Assembly (NCBI RefSeq): GCF_018350175.1
Contig: NC_058368.1
Location: 49,415,815 to 49,479,814, forward strand
Length of the DNA stretch: 64,000 nt
Direction: 5' to 3'
Source of the DNA: Felis catus
Taxonomy: Eukaryota
In this document: positions 37,279 to 49,989 of the stretch, piece after piece
Layout: every line of letters starts with the position of its first letter
How positions within the stretch are numbered: position 1 is the first letter of the stretch
Notes under the pieces: model-generated
The model's input: the letters and a program-made list of their open reading frames with translations, nothing else
Told to the model about the DNA's origin: nothing
Database searches by the model: none
Program-made: the position numbers and the translations under genes

Positions 37279-39834
37279 AATTTGCATGACAAAAAATGTG
37301 AACTTCTTCATAAAGATGGGAAATAAAAGCTACAATTAGAAGTGGAATCTATATATCTACAATCTTCATGATTTAACCGTTTATTTGTTATTGTTTTGAG
37401 GGATGACATCACAGTTGTCTTCTTCTGCTTATAAAATAACCGAAATTTAAAAGTTTAGTTCTAACACTGCATGTGCCACCATTAACATGATAATAACAGT
37501 GTTCTTACATGCCTGTGGGCATTTTTAAAAATTTCAGATGATTAGATTTCAACACAACATTCTGAAAATGTCTTCCAGTGAAATCTCCAGGAATAGGGAC
37601 AAGGCTCTGGGGCATATCCATAGAGAAGGCCCAGGCCCAGTTTCTTCTATCACATTCCTTTTGGTGATTGTCACACCACTCATTCTATACACAGGAGTGG
37701 CTCTGAGTAAAAAGTAAATTCGTTCATCACTGCTCCCAATACTAACACTTGCAGACCTTACATTTCAATGATTTCACTGCTGATCATTACAGCAAATATA
37801 TAAGATGACAAACATAACCAGGAGAAATTACAAACCTTAGGGACTCTTAACTAATTCACAGTCCATCGATTGATTTGCTAAGACGAATAAGATCCCCGTT
37901 GGATTTCTGCCCTCAGCTTCCATGCCTGAGAATGAAATTCACAAAATGTGTTCTTACTTCATCCTTCCAATTTCCAGGCCAGGGTTTCTGCAGACCCTGT
38001 GCCCCTGGGAACCTGAAAGAACCCAATGCCCTTACTCTCAATGTTTCTTTGTATCTCTTAGGACCTCCAAACCTAGCTAGAGCAATTTCCCTGGGTATTT
38101 GCCCTTCAAAGCAATGTCTTTGAGGAATTTGTCAAAAAAGATATTATAGTTATCAAAATTCTTAGAGCATAGCTGGTTATTTAGTGCATCTTCTACCCCA
38201 AACCGTTGATTCTGTCCAATTTCATTTGCTCAATTGATTTAAATTTAAAGTGTCTAAATTTAAATTTCAAATATTTGAGTGTCTAAAAGTTATAGCATTT
38301 TTAGTTTCAAACTGGTAGGTGCTATCCAAAATCGAGAATTCAGGATCTCATTAAATATAAATATAAAACAAGCCTGCACATAAATGATATTCACAAACCT
38401 GGAGCTGATCTGATGGGGGATGGAGGAGGGATTATGTTGTCGGCTTTCCAGTGCTGGCTAACAAATCATATATAACTGATTGTAAACAATATGCCTGCTC
38501 TCTGCTCATTCTCAAGTACTTGTTACACTTCAGAAAACTGAAAATATAGAGCTAATTTAGTGAAAATTTCTCAAAGGATAACATCATTAAAAACCAGGAT
38601 GTGGTTCCAATTTGGGTTTTACACAATTCTCTCCTAAAGTTTTTCAAACCCACTAACCCATTAAACTTTGGAAGTCAACAAGCCACTTGGAACTAGTTTA
38701 GTTACATAGTAACAGATTGTAAAAGCAAGCATTCTACATCTAGCACTTTCCCACTTTTTCTAAATGAATTCCTGAGGGAAAGAAAAGAAAGATATATAAA
38801 TAGAATGGAAGTGAAGGATTTTTAAAACCATTTTATAGCCTGAGAGAATACCAACTCCAGTGACCCCCCAGAGCATTCAGTTATAGCAGATATTTATTGG
38901 AAAGCAAAGGGCAGAATCCTGTATCTCTTCTCACCTGATCAAATCTTTCTAGATTAAAAACAGTAATTAATTTCACTCCACTGATTAGAAGGAAAATACG
39001 GATTTTGCTCACTTCTTTTTCTGATTTGCATCTACTAAAGTGAGGGTCCTTTGCCTACATTTTCAAGATACTGAGCACTGGGCATCTCTGGCAAGAGTAA
39101 ATAACAGTGGCGACCACAGAAATGTTGAGTGTTTAATTTTAAAACAGCCTAATAATGACTTTCCACTTGATAATATGATTTAAAAACTTTCAAATCCAGA
39201 AATGGTAGAGGCTTCTCAAGTCTGTACTTGGGTATTTGGCTGAGATCATGATGTTAGGAGAATGTATATGCATTACCCCCTGGTTGCTCCTGGACCAATC
39301 ACTGTCACACCAGACAGGTCACAATTTCACTTTTTTTATCACTAGAAATCAATGTCATTAGCATCCTAACAGAATAAATATCATACATTAGTGTAGTTGT
39401 ATGTTTAGCCTATAAATTACCCATCAAAACAAAGGAAACATCTACTGAGAAAAAGACTTGGGAAATATTTAACTGGTTCCTACTGAACACACTTAAATTA
39501 TTTCTTTTACAAATATATATCTTTAAATTTTTGGAAATCTCCACATTTCTAACATATTTATTTTCCTATAAAATAGAATTCATTTCACCTCCACAACAAA
39601 TATGCATTCTGGCCCCCCATCTAAGGAAACAAGAACAGAAGATGGCTGTTTCAGGCTTTTTAACTTCCTGGAAGTTTACAAGAAGAGATAAGTAAGTCAC
39701 AATAGCATATAAGGCATGCCTCAGGGAGGTTCGGCAATAATACTGAGACTTTAGCTGAAGAGTTTTAAAAGTCCATAGCCAGTATCAGATACTCAAGAGT
39801 AAATAAAGAATATTTTATTGTCTATCATCCTATT

Positions 39835-40090
39835 AAATGTATTAAGCATCTAATACGGGCTAGGCACTCTGCTAGGCTCTGTCACTTAAAATGGCTTATT
39901 TAACCCTCACAACACAATACAACACAACACAGTACACACTGTGGATGGTATTATTAGTTCCATCTTACAAGAAGAAGAACAAGAACTATAGTTCTTGTTA
40001 AGTTCTTGTTAAGTTTAGTAAGAGACTTGTCCCAAATCACACAGTAGTCCTTCAAGCCTTCAACTCAAGGCCCCTGTTGTTTCAACTCAA
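39835..40090 (-). mobile_element. MIR
   Basis: 'gctaggcactctgctagg...atttaaccctcacaac...attattagttccatcttaca...acttgtcccaaatcacacag'. Confidence 0.75.
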
Positions 40091-40164
40091 AGCCAATGTT
40101 GTTTTCTTTCTTTCAGAATTGATTGACCAAGGAACAATCCAATAGCTCTAGGGTTGTTACGAAA

Positions 40165-40715
40165 AGGACTGCATACCCACAGAATAGAAGAAAATATTTG
40201 CAATAAATAGATATAATAAAAGTCTCATATTATGCGTCTACGAAGAACTCCTACAAATCAGTATGACAAAGAAAAAACAATTTAGTCAAAGAATAGATGA
40301 AATATTTGAACAGGCACTTTACAAAAGGTAATATACAAATGGCTAATAAGCATATGTAGAAGCATTCATTCATTATTCATCATGGAATTACAAAATTAAA
40401 ACTACAATGAAATATCATCCTACATGCAGCAAAATCACCAATATATATTTAAAAAAAAGACTGTGTGGGTGAGGATACACAGCAGTGAACAATATTGCTG
40501 GTGGAAGTCCAAATTCTACAGCCCCTGTGGAAAACCATTTGATAGCAACTACTAAAAATGAAGATGGGTATGTCTTTTGACCCAGAAATTCTACCCATAT
40601 GGATGAGAGAAGAATGTGTCTGTGTACATATGGGTACCAAAAGATATGTTCACTTATATCATACCAGAGCTATCTGTTACAGCCTCACATTGAAAACTTT
40701 CTAAATGTCCAGAAA
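40165..40715 (+). mobile_element. Old L1M ORF2 C-terminal remnant
   Basis: 'agaaaatatttgcaa...gaagaactcctacaaatca...caaatggctaataagcatatg...tttgacccagaaattcta'. Confidence 0.75.
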
Positions 40716-42039
40716 ATTTGATCCATAGTAATAAGCACTGTGAGGTACTTATAAAAGTATACATATCATTAATTAGAACATTTCTTCAGTTGATTTATCC
40801 TGAATTATTGATCTGCCTCCAATTTATTCTCAAATGATACAAAATTCACTCTTCTAAAATGGAAATTTATTGTGTCTAAGCTTTAGTATTCGTGTATATA
40901 TGTAATACATACATATGCATAAAATATGCAGATATATGTAATTGAACATATATATGTATGTACTCACAATTCATAGAATGAGAACAAGGGAAATATATTT
41001 CAATTTTGTACAAAAATAATTCAAAAAGCAGCCATTTTATATAATAAAAATATTAAAAAAATAAGCATGGTATTTTTAAACCAAAGGAGCTACTGACTTG
41101 ACACTTTTAAAATAAAGGAGCAGTTGTTTCAGATTGGAATTTTTATAGTTAATACGTAGGTTGAAATAAGCCTTTTTAGAAATCCCTTTACTTGTCGATC
41201 CCAGTAAGTGATGGATAAAAATATTTTCTATAATTTCTTTTCAAAAAAAAAAACCCGAAAAGATCAGTATGGTTATTTCTCCTTTGTAATCTCTTGAGAA
41301 GGTACATAGAACAGGCATTCATTATACAGTGATAATGTGGCCCAAACCAAAATGCTTGCTATTTAATGGTAAGAGCTGTTTTTGTAATTGTATACGTGGT
41401 CTAGTTTACCTAAATCCTCATTACCTCAGTGTTAGTTAATTTCAGCTTTAGCGTGTAAGAGAAGATGGTTCACAGTTCTGAATACTAAACAAGTACCAGA
41501 ACACATTATCCTCCATATGCCCTGATGAGCATCAGACATAAATATTTCAGGGCTACTTCCAAGTAACCAAAAGTCTAAGACTTGTGAATAAATTATAATT
41601 CCTAATTTATCTCTCTAGTCTAGGTCTGTGGCATAGTGTAGCAGAGAATATTGATCTAAGGGTCAGAAATCGGATTTCTAATACTGGCTACTGCCAGAAC
41701 AATTTCTCTGTCTGAGCCCCAGTGTTCTTACCTGTAAATAAAGGACCTGGAAGATACCAGATCTCCCGAAGCACTATAATTTTGTTTTGCCAATTCAGCA
41801 TTAGTGAGACAAGGATCGAGTCCTGGACTCCCTTGAGTCTTTCAACTAGGTACTTCTAGGAGTTCTGAGACTTCTACTTGCCTGACTCAGTGGATTAGTC
41901 TTTTGTGCTGTCAAACACAGTCATGCTGTGTGACCTATAGCTTCTGACCAGTTGCCACTTGTAGGTTACTACATACCTGGTGAGTTTAACTCACCAAGTG
42001 AGTTCACCCTTACTTGTGCTTGTTCCCAAGTCTAATTAT

Positions 42040-42685
42040 GCACGTTTTATATAGAGTTGTAATTACATAAAAAATAGTATACAAACAGTATATAGACTCT
42101 GTATAAACAGATAATGCGAGTATCTAAAGAAAACAATTGTTTCTATGACTAAGTAGAACAATCTGGAGAGAATTGGTAAAAATGAGTCTCAGCAAAAATT
42201 GCTTTTGAATTAGGTGTGGCAACGCAAGTGTAAAATAGGTTTTAAAATCATAAAACATTCTTCGCTCAGCCTTATACGTTTATTTAGGTTCCTACAACAT
42301 TTAAAAAAGCTGTGAACTTGCAGATGATACATTAAGATATGGTTAATGTCAGGGTGCCTGGGTGGCTCAGTCTGTTAATCATCTGACTTCGGCTCAGGTC
42401 ATGATCTCATGGTTCATGAGTTTGAGCTCCAAGCTCTCGGCTGTCAGCACAGAGCTCCCTTCAGATCCTCTGCCCCCTCTCTCTCTGATCCTCTCCAGCT
42501 CTCTCTCTCAAAATAAATGAATAAACTTTAAAAAAAATATGGTTAATGCAAAAAAAAAAAAAAAAAAAAAAAGAACCCTGCTAAGCAGAGCTGTAATCAA
42601 AGAAAAGGCAGTTTGCCAATATCAAAAGACGGGGGGGAACAATGATACTATTTGTATTAAGTTAAAACAAAAGTTGAAGGTATAC
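42040..42685 (+). mobile_element. Ancient Tigger-like element with a decayed transposase N-terminus (split by a SINE)
   Basis: 'ttgtttctatgactaag...aaaaattgcttttgaattaggtgtgg...gatgatacattaagatatggtt|...aatcaaagaaaaggca' gives KIAFELGV and IKEKA, resembling psq/CENP-B HTH motifs. Confidence 0.55.
42351..42536 (+). mobile_element. CanSINE
   Basis: Flanked by atatggttaatg on both sides. Confidence 0.95.
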
Positions 42686-42687
42686 AT

Positions 42688-43050
42688 TGTAGGTCAGGTT
42701 CTCTAGAAACAGACTCAGACAGATTTTTATGCAGGGTAGTTTCTGGGGGATTGCCTCAGGGAGGTACACCTATAAGCAGTGAGGGAAGAACCACTGTGCA
42801 GAGGGAGAAGTTGAAATGCCATACTGTTGTAGTAGAAGTCTCAGGCTGGTCCCAAATGAGGGGGAGGGGGCAGACTTGTACACACCCCTCTCTCCCACAG
42901 CCACTAGTCACTGGATGAGGACTGTCCCTTGGGGAAGAGGTGTAACCTGGGAGCTTCAGCTCCCATGGGATCAGGGCAGATGCCCGGGAGGGACTGGGCC
43001 AACACTTCCTGAAGGTAGGAAAATGGGTACTTGATCTCAAAGTGGAGGCT
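42688..43050 (-). mobile_element. ERVL solo LTR (LTR16-like)
   Basis: 'ggtcaggttctctagaaacagactc...acacctataagcagtgagggaag...gcagagggagaagttgaa'. Confidence 0.7.
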
Positions 43051-43223
43051 CATTAATACACAATTGAAAGGCTATTTGAAAAGAGTTTAGATACATTTGA
43101 AATGAACTCAGTGAGATGTACTTTGAAAAACTTAAATCGCATACATAAACATTCCTGAGGATTCTTTAATTGGGCAGCAACTCTAACTTCTTTTAATCCC
43201 TTCTAATATAGTTCTATATGAAT

Positions 43224-43439
43224 TAGTGGTTTTTAACCTGGGTAATTGTGCTCCTTCCCAGGAAACATTTGAAAATGGCTAGAGACATTTGTGGATACCA
43301 CAACTAGAGGCATGTGCTACAGGCATCTAGTAGACAGACACCAGGATATAGCTAAACATCATACAGTGCATATGGCAGAGCCCACAACAGAAACTGTTTG
43401 GCCCAAAGGGTCAACAGTGGCAAGATTGAGAAACCGTGG
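43224..43439. mobile_element. MER20 hAT-Charlie fossil
   Basis: 'tagtggtttttaacctggg...tgctacaggcatctagtag...gctaaacatc...gattgagaaaccgtg'. Confidence 0.85.
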
Positions 43440-43601
43440 TCCAAACCAATGCTTTGTTTACTAGCTGCAGATAGCAAATATTTACATCTTGTATGGTGTT
43501 GGAATTTCAACCTGTTGGTTGCAAAGTCATGCTTTTTCTATTTTATTCTAACCATTTGACACAATTACGTTCAAAAAGATTCAGTGCCAAGCATTAAGAA
43601 T

Positions 43602-44473
43602 ATAGCAGAGACTATTCTGTGTTCACCAAAACCTTTCCCTCTTTTTTACTGGGCAAGAAGCTAGACCACATTTCCCAGTCTGCAGTTTGGGATGGCTGCG
43701 TGACTGAGTTGTAATCAACGGAAGAGAATCAAAATTGATGTGTACCACTTCCACATGGAGACCATAGCAACCTCCCATGGGTGATCCCCATTCTCGTTTT
43801 CCATCCTTCTGCTGGAAGACAATGATCCCAACACTCATGAGCTGAAGTTTCTAAACAGTATATTGGACACCCCAGGGAACCATAGCAAAATCACAGGGTT
43901 TTCCTGGTGTGTTATAAATTTTCAAGGGAAACACAACAACATCTATCAAATACTTCACAAACTGCTAGCTTGAGGTAGTCTACAGTTTCAACATTAGATC
44001 CATGCTACATTTCTTGACAGAATTGCTTATCTTTGTTGTTGCTGTCATAAAAAGCAAGTGCTGCATAACAATCAACACATACCAGATTTCCAGTTTGATC
44101 TCAAGGTTTAAGTTGTACAGTACCCAATGAGCACATGTATCCCAATTTACACATAACTGGTTTTTAAGAATAAAAATATTTTCTTCTTTCAACCTAAGTG
44201 TACAAGTTTTCTCAAACAGCTGATAGGTGGTAAGGACTTAAGTACTTAGTAAGTTGTTGGGGTTACCTACTTAATCGACAGAACAGCTAGCTGTTTGTTC
44301 ACCTTTGGAGCACTGAAAAAGTGATAAGGACAGTGAGGGTGCCGTGAACAGAAAAATTTGGAAACCACTGCCCTATAGGATGGCTTAGGAACAAGACAGA
44401 AGAAACCCATCTAAAACCCTTATTATTTCAGATTTTAATTGCTGTAGCAGTCAGTGCTGCCACATCTAACACA
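43602..44473 (+). mobile_element. MLT1-type LTR split by a DNA transposon
   Basis: 'ctagaccacatttcccag...tgatgtgtaccacttcc' on the left and 'gctgtagcagtcag...ctaacaca' on the right. Confidence 0.6.
43842..44370 (+). mobile_element. MER119-like hAT-Charlie element
   Basis: 'aaattttcaagggaaacaca...ctagcttgaggtag...cagtttcaacattagatc...gggtgccgtgaacagaaaaatttggaaaccactg'. Confidence 0.75.
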
Positions 44474-44943
44474 ATGAGTTAAATTAACTAATACAATATA
44501 ATAAAGTTCTATTAAAATGCAATCTTTGGGTTGAAGCTATGATTAAAGTCCATATGCTGAGAATCAGTTCTGGATTGGGAAGCAGACTCCACAGATGTGA
44601 CATCGATTCCCAGGCCCATCTCTCACTAGCTGTGCAATCCATACACATGAGTTTGCACTGCTGGGAATTGTTTAAACACCTGTAATTTTGGAGCACTGGT
44701 CTACCTCTAGTGTCTTCTCTAACTCCAGCATGCTAGGCATCTAAACTCCCCTGGCTCTTTGCCTCCCATGTCTCTCCTATGGCCTTTTCAAACTGGCCTC
44801 CATTTCTTCCTGCTCACTGCTTCACAAGAGTCAAATTGCTTTTTTTTTTTCCTTAAATCTGGTACACCTACTGTATTTCTTGAGTTCTTATCCAGCCAAC
44901 ACCAAGGTTAGAGCGGCTACCAATGTCTAGGGCTCCTCTTCCA

Positions 44944-46185
44944 TGTGACCCAGGAAAATAAGTATGTTATTTTACTAACAACCATAGTAACCGTATCTGT
45001 ATTACTGTAGTTGCTAACAACCATGGAATTCAGATCAAGGGTAACAAAAGCAATAACCTTTATATCATAGTGTTCTCAGATTATGTATTAGACATTTTAA
45101 AACAATAGGTCATTATTACTCTGCCTTAAATCCCATTCTTTAGTGATCATTCCTCTATAGCCCCAGGGAAAGCAAAAGTAAAAACAAAACAAAACAAAAA
45201 AACAGCAGAAGCCACATCCAGGGAAGAGAAGAGATGATACAGGAAAGCCATTGGAAGAAGAAAATAAGAGGAAGGAAGCCCACCCCCTCTGGCCCCCAGT
45301 GAAGTGTAGAAGGAAGAGAAAAGTCAGAAGATGGAGACACAAGTGAGGATACTTGTCTGTGTTGACCCTCCTTCTCTAGGCCAAAGGTTGAGAAGAGAGA
45401 AGAATATTGGATAGGTTAAGGGGTAAAACAGAAATAGAACAGACTTTGGCTCTACCTCCCATATGGCACTATGTGCCAGGAGATGGCACTATAGATTGGC
45501 ATCATTCCCAGGGTGGCTGTAGCAGAGGAATATTGGTAAAGTGGCCCATGTGAGCAAGGGAAGATCTCAGAGCCTCTTTTAGTTAGTGTTCAAGTACCCT
45601 GAAAAGGATCCCAAACTTTCCACGTGTTCTCTCAAGCAATGCAGAATGGAATTTATAGGACTAGCTTTCTAGATGTTGTGTGGCAAAAAGACCCTGAAGC
45701 CTCAAGCTGTTGGGAGGAGTCAAAGCCAAACCTCAGTGCTGACATGGGGCATGGCCAGGCTGGCTGAAGCCCTAGCTCTGATACCTAAAACACAATAAAG
45801 GATTTCCCTAGTCACGGACATCAGCAGCAAACAAAGGTCAACTCAGCTGGGCCAGAAAAGTCAAAGGGCATTATAAAGGGATGGCTCTCTTCCCTTCACT
45901 CAGGAGTTTCGTGAGCCTCCCTTTAGCAGTCAGATGCCCTCTTGGAAAGGTGTGGAGGGACAAAGAGAAAACTCTGAAGATAGGTTTTATTTTTGAAAAA
46001 TGATATACTTAGTGAGATTCTTTATATTAACAAATCAGATTGGGTTTACTGGATTTGACAAATGTTTTTTCTCTATTATTCCATGACTGCTTCCATGAGG
46101 AAGATTAGATGAGTTATGAAGAATAAAGGGGTTTCCTTTATATATCTAAATGCGGCACATGAAACTCTGATTTTTCTCTACTGTG
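44944..46185 (+). mobile_element. Possible ancient long LTR-like element (family uncertain)
   Basis: TGTG start, purine-rich body and aataaa ~55 bp before the putative end. No confident family match. Confidence 0.3.
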
Positions 46186-46559
46186 CCAAATTTCATGCTA
46201 AGTACTTTGATTAGGGCTTTTGGTTTAATCAACGGAAGTCCAATGGCCTTTTGATCTCATCTTCCTTACAATCAAGCCTCTTCTTTCCCCATCCTCCAAT
46301 TCTGCATGGTATTACACAGGAATCCTCTTCCATGGAGATTCCTTTTCCTAGTACAATGTTTTCCCAACTACCCTGATGAAAAAAATTTTTTTTTCGTGGT
46401 GTTTTTCAAAATGAAGGCTTCCTAGGCTGTCATTGAGAGATTCTGCTTCCATGAGCCAAAGATGGGCCCAGATATTTTTAACAGGTACCCGAATTTTGGT
46501 ACCCAAATCTGCTCACCAGAGCAGATTTAGAAAAGCTTGTTCTATTGTCTAATCTCTAT

Positions 46560-47415
46560 ATTGCAACCTGCCCATATAGTTGTCTACATTTTAGTAAAAT
46601 ATCATCACTATTTATCCTGATGCACGAGCCAAAGTCTTAGTTCTTAATTCTGTATTTTCTCTCAACCCCTATTTACACCTTACTACCCTCAGTGAATTTG
46701 ATGCTTTTATCAAATTATATCTCAAATGAACCCACTTCTCTCCACCTTCTCTGCTAAATATCACCATCATCTTCTACCTGAAACCTGCACAAGCCTTGAC
46801 AATGTTTCTGCTTCCACTCTTTCTCACTTCCTCTATATATTCAGTAGCTAGAGTCATCCTCTTAAAACATAGATCATATGTGTTTTTATCAAGGCCATGT
46901 CACAGTTCTGATTAAGTATTTTAAAGGACTAACTTATGATAAAATTTGAACTTCTCTCACATGTTTCGAGGATCCTGCATGTTCTAGCCATGACTCTCTT
47001 GCTGGCTTCACTCAAGTCCTTTCTCTTAACTATTCATTACCTATCCATGCTGGTTTTCTTTGAAATCTGCAAACATAACAGGCCTGAGCCTGCCTCATGG
47101 CTCTTTTTTCTATGTGGACCATTCTTTACCCACTCTTTGGATGACCAGAATCTGCACATCCTTCAGCTCACAACTTAAATTTCACTTCCTTGGGGAAGAT
47201 GTCCTTCACCACTTTGCCCCTTCTTATCTTAATCTCAGGCATTGTGCTTGTGCTTCACATCATTTATCATCAGTCATAAATGTTTCAGGTCAGTTGGTTT
47301 AGTCTTGCCTGCATCCATGTACTCGTGCTTACCTTTCCAACTAAAATGGGAGCTCCATGAAAGTAAGGTGTGCATCTTCTGTGTATAATATAGCACACAG
47401 TAAATATTTGTTGAA
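46560..47415 (+). mobile_element. L2 LINE 3' region
   Basis: 'cccacttctctccacc...agagtcatcctcttaaaacatagatc...agctccatgaaag...agtaaatatttgttgaa'. Confidence 0.75.
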
Positions 47416-47924
47416 ATATTAAGTGAAAGCTAGAATTATTAGACCCTTAAGCTGCCTTTAATTGTGTTCAAAAAGAATTCCTCCTCAAAGTTTTCCCCCT
47501 GGAAAACACAACTTGTGGAAATTTTTCATGCACATGACAGGAAAAAAAGTATAAATATACAAAATCTCCAAAATAATTCTCTAGAATTAGAATGAGGGAG
47601 AGGTAGGCAGAAAGAAAAGGAATCAAGGTAACTTTTTAAAAAAGAAATACTCTGGTAAGTTGGTTCCTTATACTAACTTGCAAAATAATCTATACTCTGT
47701 CCTAACATTCTAATTACCACTGTGTATGAAGAGTATACCCCACAGAATCATATCTATCACCTCTTTAAATAAAAGCAGAGTTGGAAACCACAGAAACAAC
47801 AAGTTAACATGCAGACAGTTGAGGCAATAGCAGAAAATAGATAGACTTTTCCTAACACTGCTATCCTTTTTCTCTGTTCCTTGGGAGAAACACCATAAAA
47901 GGAAAATTTATATGCTTGTAGTTT

Positions 47925-47950
47925 TGTATCAGCCAAGGTTCTCCAGAGAA

Positions 47951-47998
<48 letters not shown>

Positions 47999-48431
47999 TT
48001 ACTATCAGAATTGACTTACACAATTATGGAGGCTGAGAAATCCCATGATCTGCCCTCTACAAGCCAGAGATCCAGAAAAGCTGCCAGTATAATTCAGTCC
48101 AACTCTGGAGATCTGAGAATTGGGGGGCTGATGGCATAAATCCCTGTCTGAGTCTGAAAGCCTGAAAACCAAGAGCATCAACGTCTGAGGGCAGGAGAAT
48201 ATGGATGTCTCACCTCAAGCAGAGAGAGCTAATTTGCCCTTCCTTACTTTTTTGTTTTATTCAGGCTCATAACAGATTGAATGATGCCCATCCACAATGG
48301 GGAGGATAATCTTTACTCAGTCTATCAAATCAAATGCTAATCTCTTCTGGAGATAACACAGAAAAAATTGGTTCACGATACCTGGGCATCCCTTAACGCA
48401 GTCAAGTTGACACATAAAATTAACCATCACA
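47925..48431 (-). mobile_element. ERVL solo LTR (MLT2B-like) with an internal (TG)n
   Basis: 'ggttctccagagaaa...attatggaggctgagaaatcccatgatctgcc...gtcaagttgacacataaaattaaccatcaca'. (TG)n at 47952-47996. Confidence 0.9.
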
Positions 48432-49247
48432 ATGTTCATATCCATTTATCAATAATTTTATAGTGAGTTCCTTCTTCAGGCATTTGAAAAGTCATTTTTC
48501 CTTAGGTATACTGGGCCTCACTGTCAGGAGTTTGTGAACATTATCTCTGTTGCCAGACTTTCTTCATACTATTTCTGAGTATAAATCATGGTTGATCTTC
48601 TCAGTTTCATAAAATTTGGGGAGGGGGTACTGTTTAAATTCACTATCATAAGACTTTTTATTATATTTTTGTGGCTTTGTCTTTTTCATGCTTTTTAAAA
48701 TTAAGTTGTTTAGTACCATTTTATATCCAACTTGACAGCTCAAGTGAATTACTTTCAAGGAGTTATCAGACTTTTTGAAATGCTCAGACTATATAAGGAG
48801 CACTCTTATTTCACACATTTAAAGGGTCATATTCAAGAGGATGAATTATATCCTTTCTGTGTCAAAAGATAATTGGAAAATCTCTTCATTGCCATTTCTG
48901 GATCATGTATTCTTTCTTTCTGTGCTAATGAAGAATTCTGAGATATTACTAGCACTACAATTGCTGGTTGATGGCCATTTTACTTCCAAATTCCTTGACA
49001 CTAATGAATGTTCAGCAGCTCTTCAAAATGATCTTGTTTATTTATAGTTTATCATGAAGTGTTAAATCCTCTCTAACCTGACACCTCTGGGACATACATC
49101 AGTGCTCCAGCTGTATTTACTTTCTAAAATGAAATCTAGGATGAGTTACTGATCTGCACAATCCAAAGAAATGCCCACATTTACTGAAATTTCACTCACC
49201 CCAACTTACAAAAAGTTGGGCTTTCACTACCTAAAGAATGGTCTTTA

Positions 49248-49266
49248 TTTGTATTTATTTATTCAT

Positions 49267-49298
<32 letters not shown>

Positions 49299-49484
49299 TT
49301 TTTGAGAGAGTGAGATAGAGCGTGAGCTGAGGAGGGCCAGAGAGGGGGAGACACAGAATCAGAAGCAAGCTCCAGGCTCTGAGCTGTCAGCACAGAGCCT
49401 GACGTGGGGCTCAAACCACGAACCATGAAAACATGACCTGAGCCAAAGTTGGAGGCCCAACCGACTGAGCCACCCAGGGGCCCC
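49248..49484 (-). mobile_element. CanSINE with a (TAAA)n tail
   Basis: 16-bp TSD taaagaatggtcttta at 49232-49247 and 49485-49500. Confidence 0.95.
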
Positions 49485-49749
49485 TAAAGAATGGTCTTTA
49501 AATGACACTAAATACTACTGGCTATTGACATTCAAAAGGGGTTCATTCCAATAACATTTACAATTTCTAAATTTGGGAATTTAAATCATTTCAAAGAATG
49601 TCCTCTTGAGAAAAATAAAACCTCATGATACTGGTCAATTAGCCTTACTCACTAGCTAGATTTTTCTCCATTCTTGTCCTCAAAGACAAGTCACAAAAGT
49701 GTGGGAAATGGTTACTTATACATTTACATGTTCCAAAGTAAAATATTTA

Positions 49750-49820
49750 TCATTATTTTTTTAATTTATTTATTTTGAGAGAAAGAGAGCATTCAAAGTG
49801 GGGGAGGGGCAGAGAGAGAA

Positions 49821-49865
<45 letters not shown>

Positions 49866-49989
49866 CCCAAACAGGCTTTGCACCCTAGCCCAGAGCCAGA
49901 TGCGAGGCTCAAACTCCCAAACTGTGAGATCATGACCTGAGCTGAAACTAGGAATAGACCCTTAGCAGACTGAGCCACCCAGGTGCCCC
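49750..49989 (-). mobile_element. CanSINE
   Basis: Flanked by caaagtaaaatattta / caaagtaaaatgttta. Confidence 0.9.
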
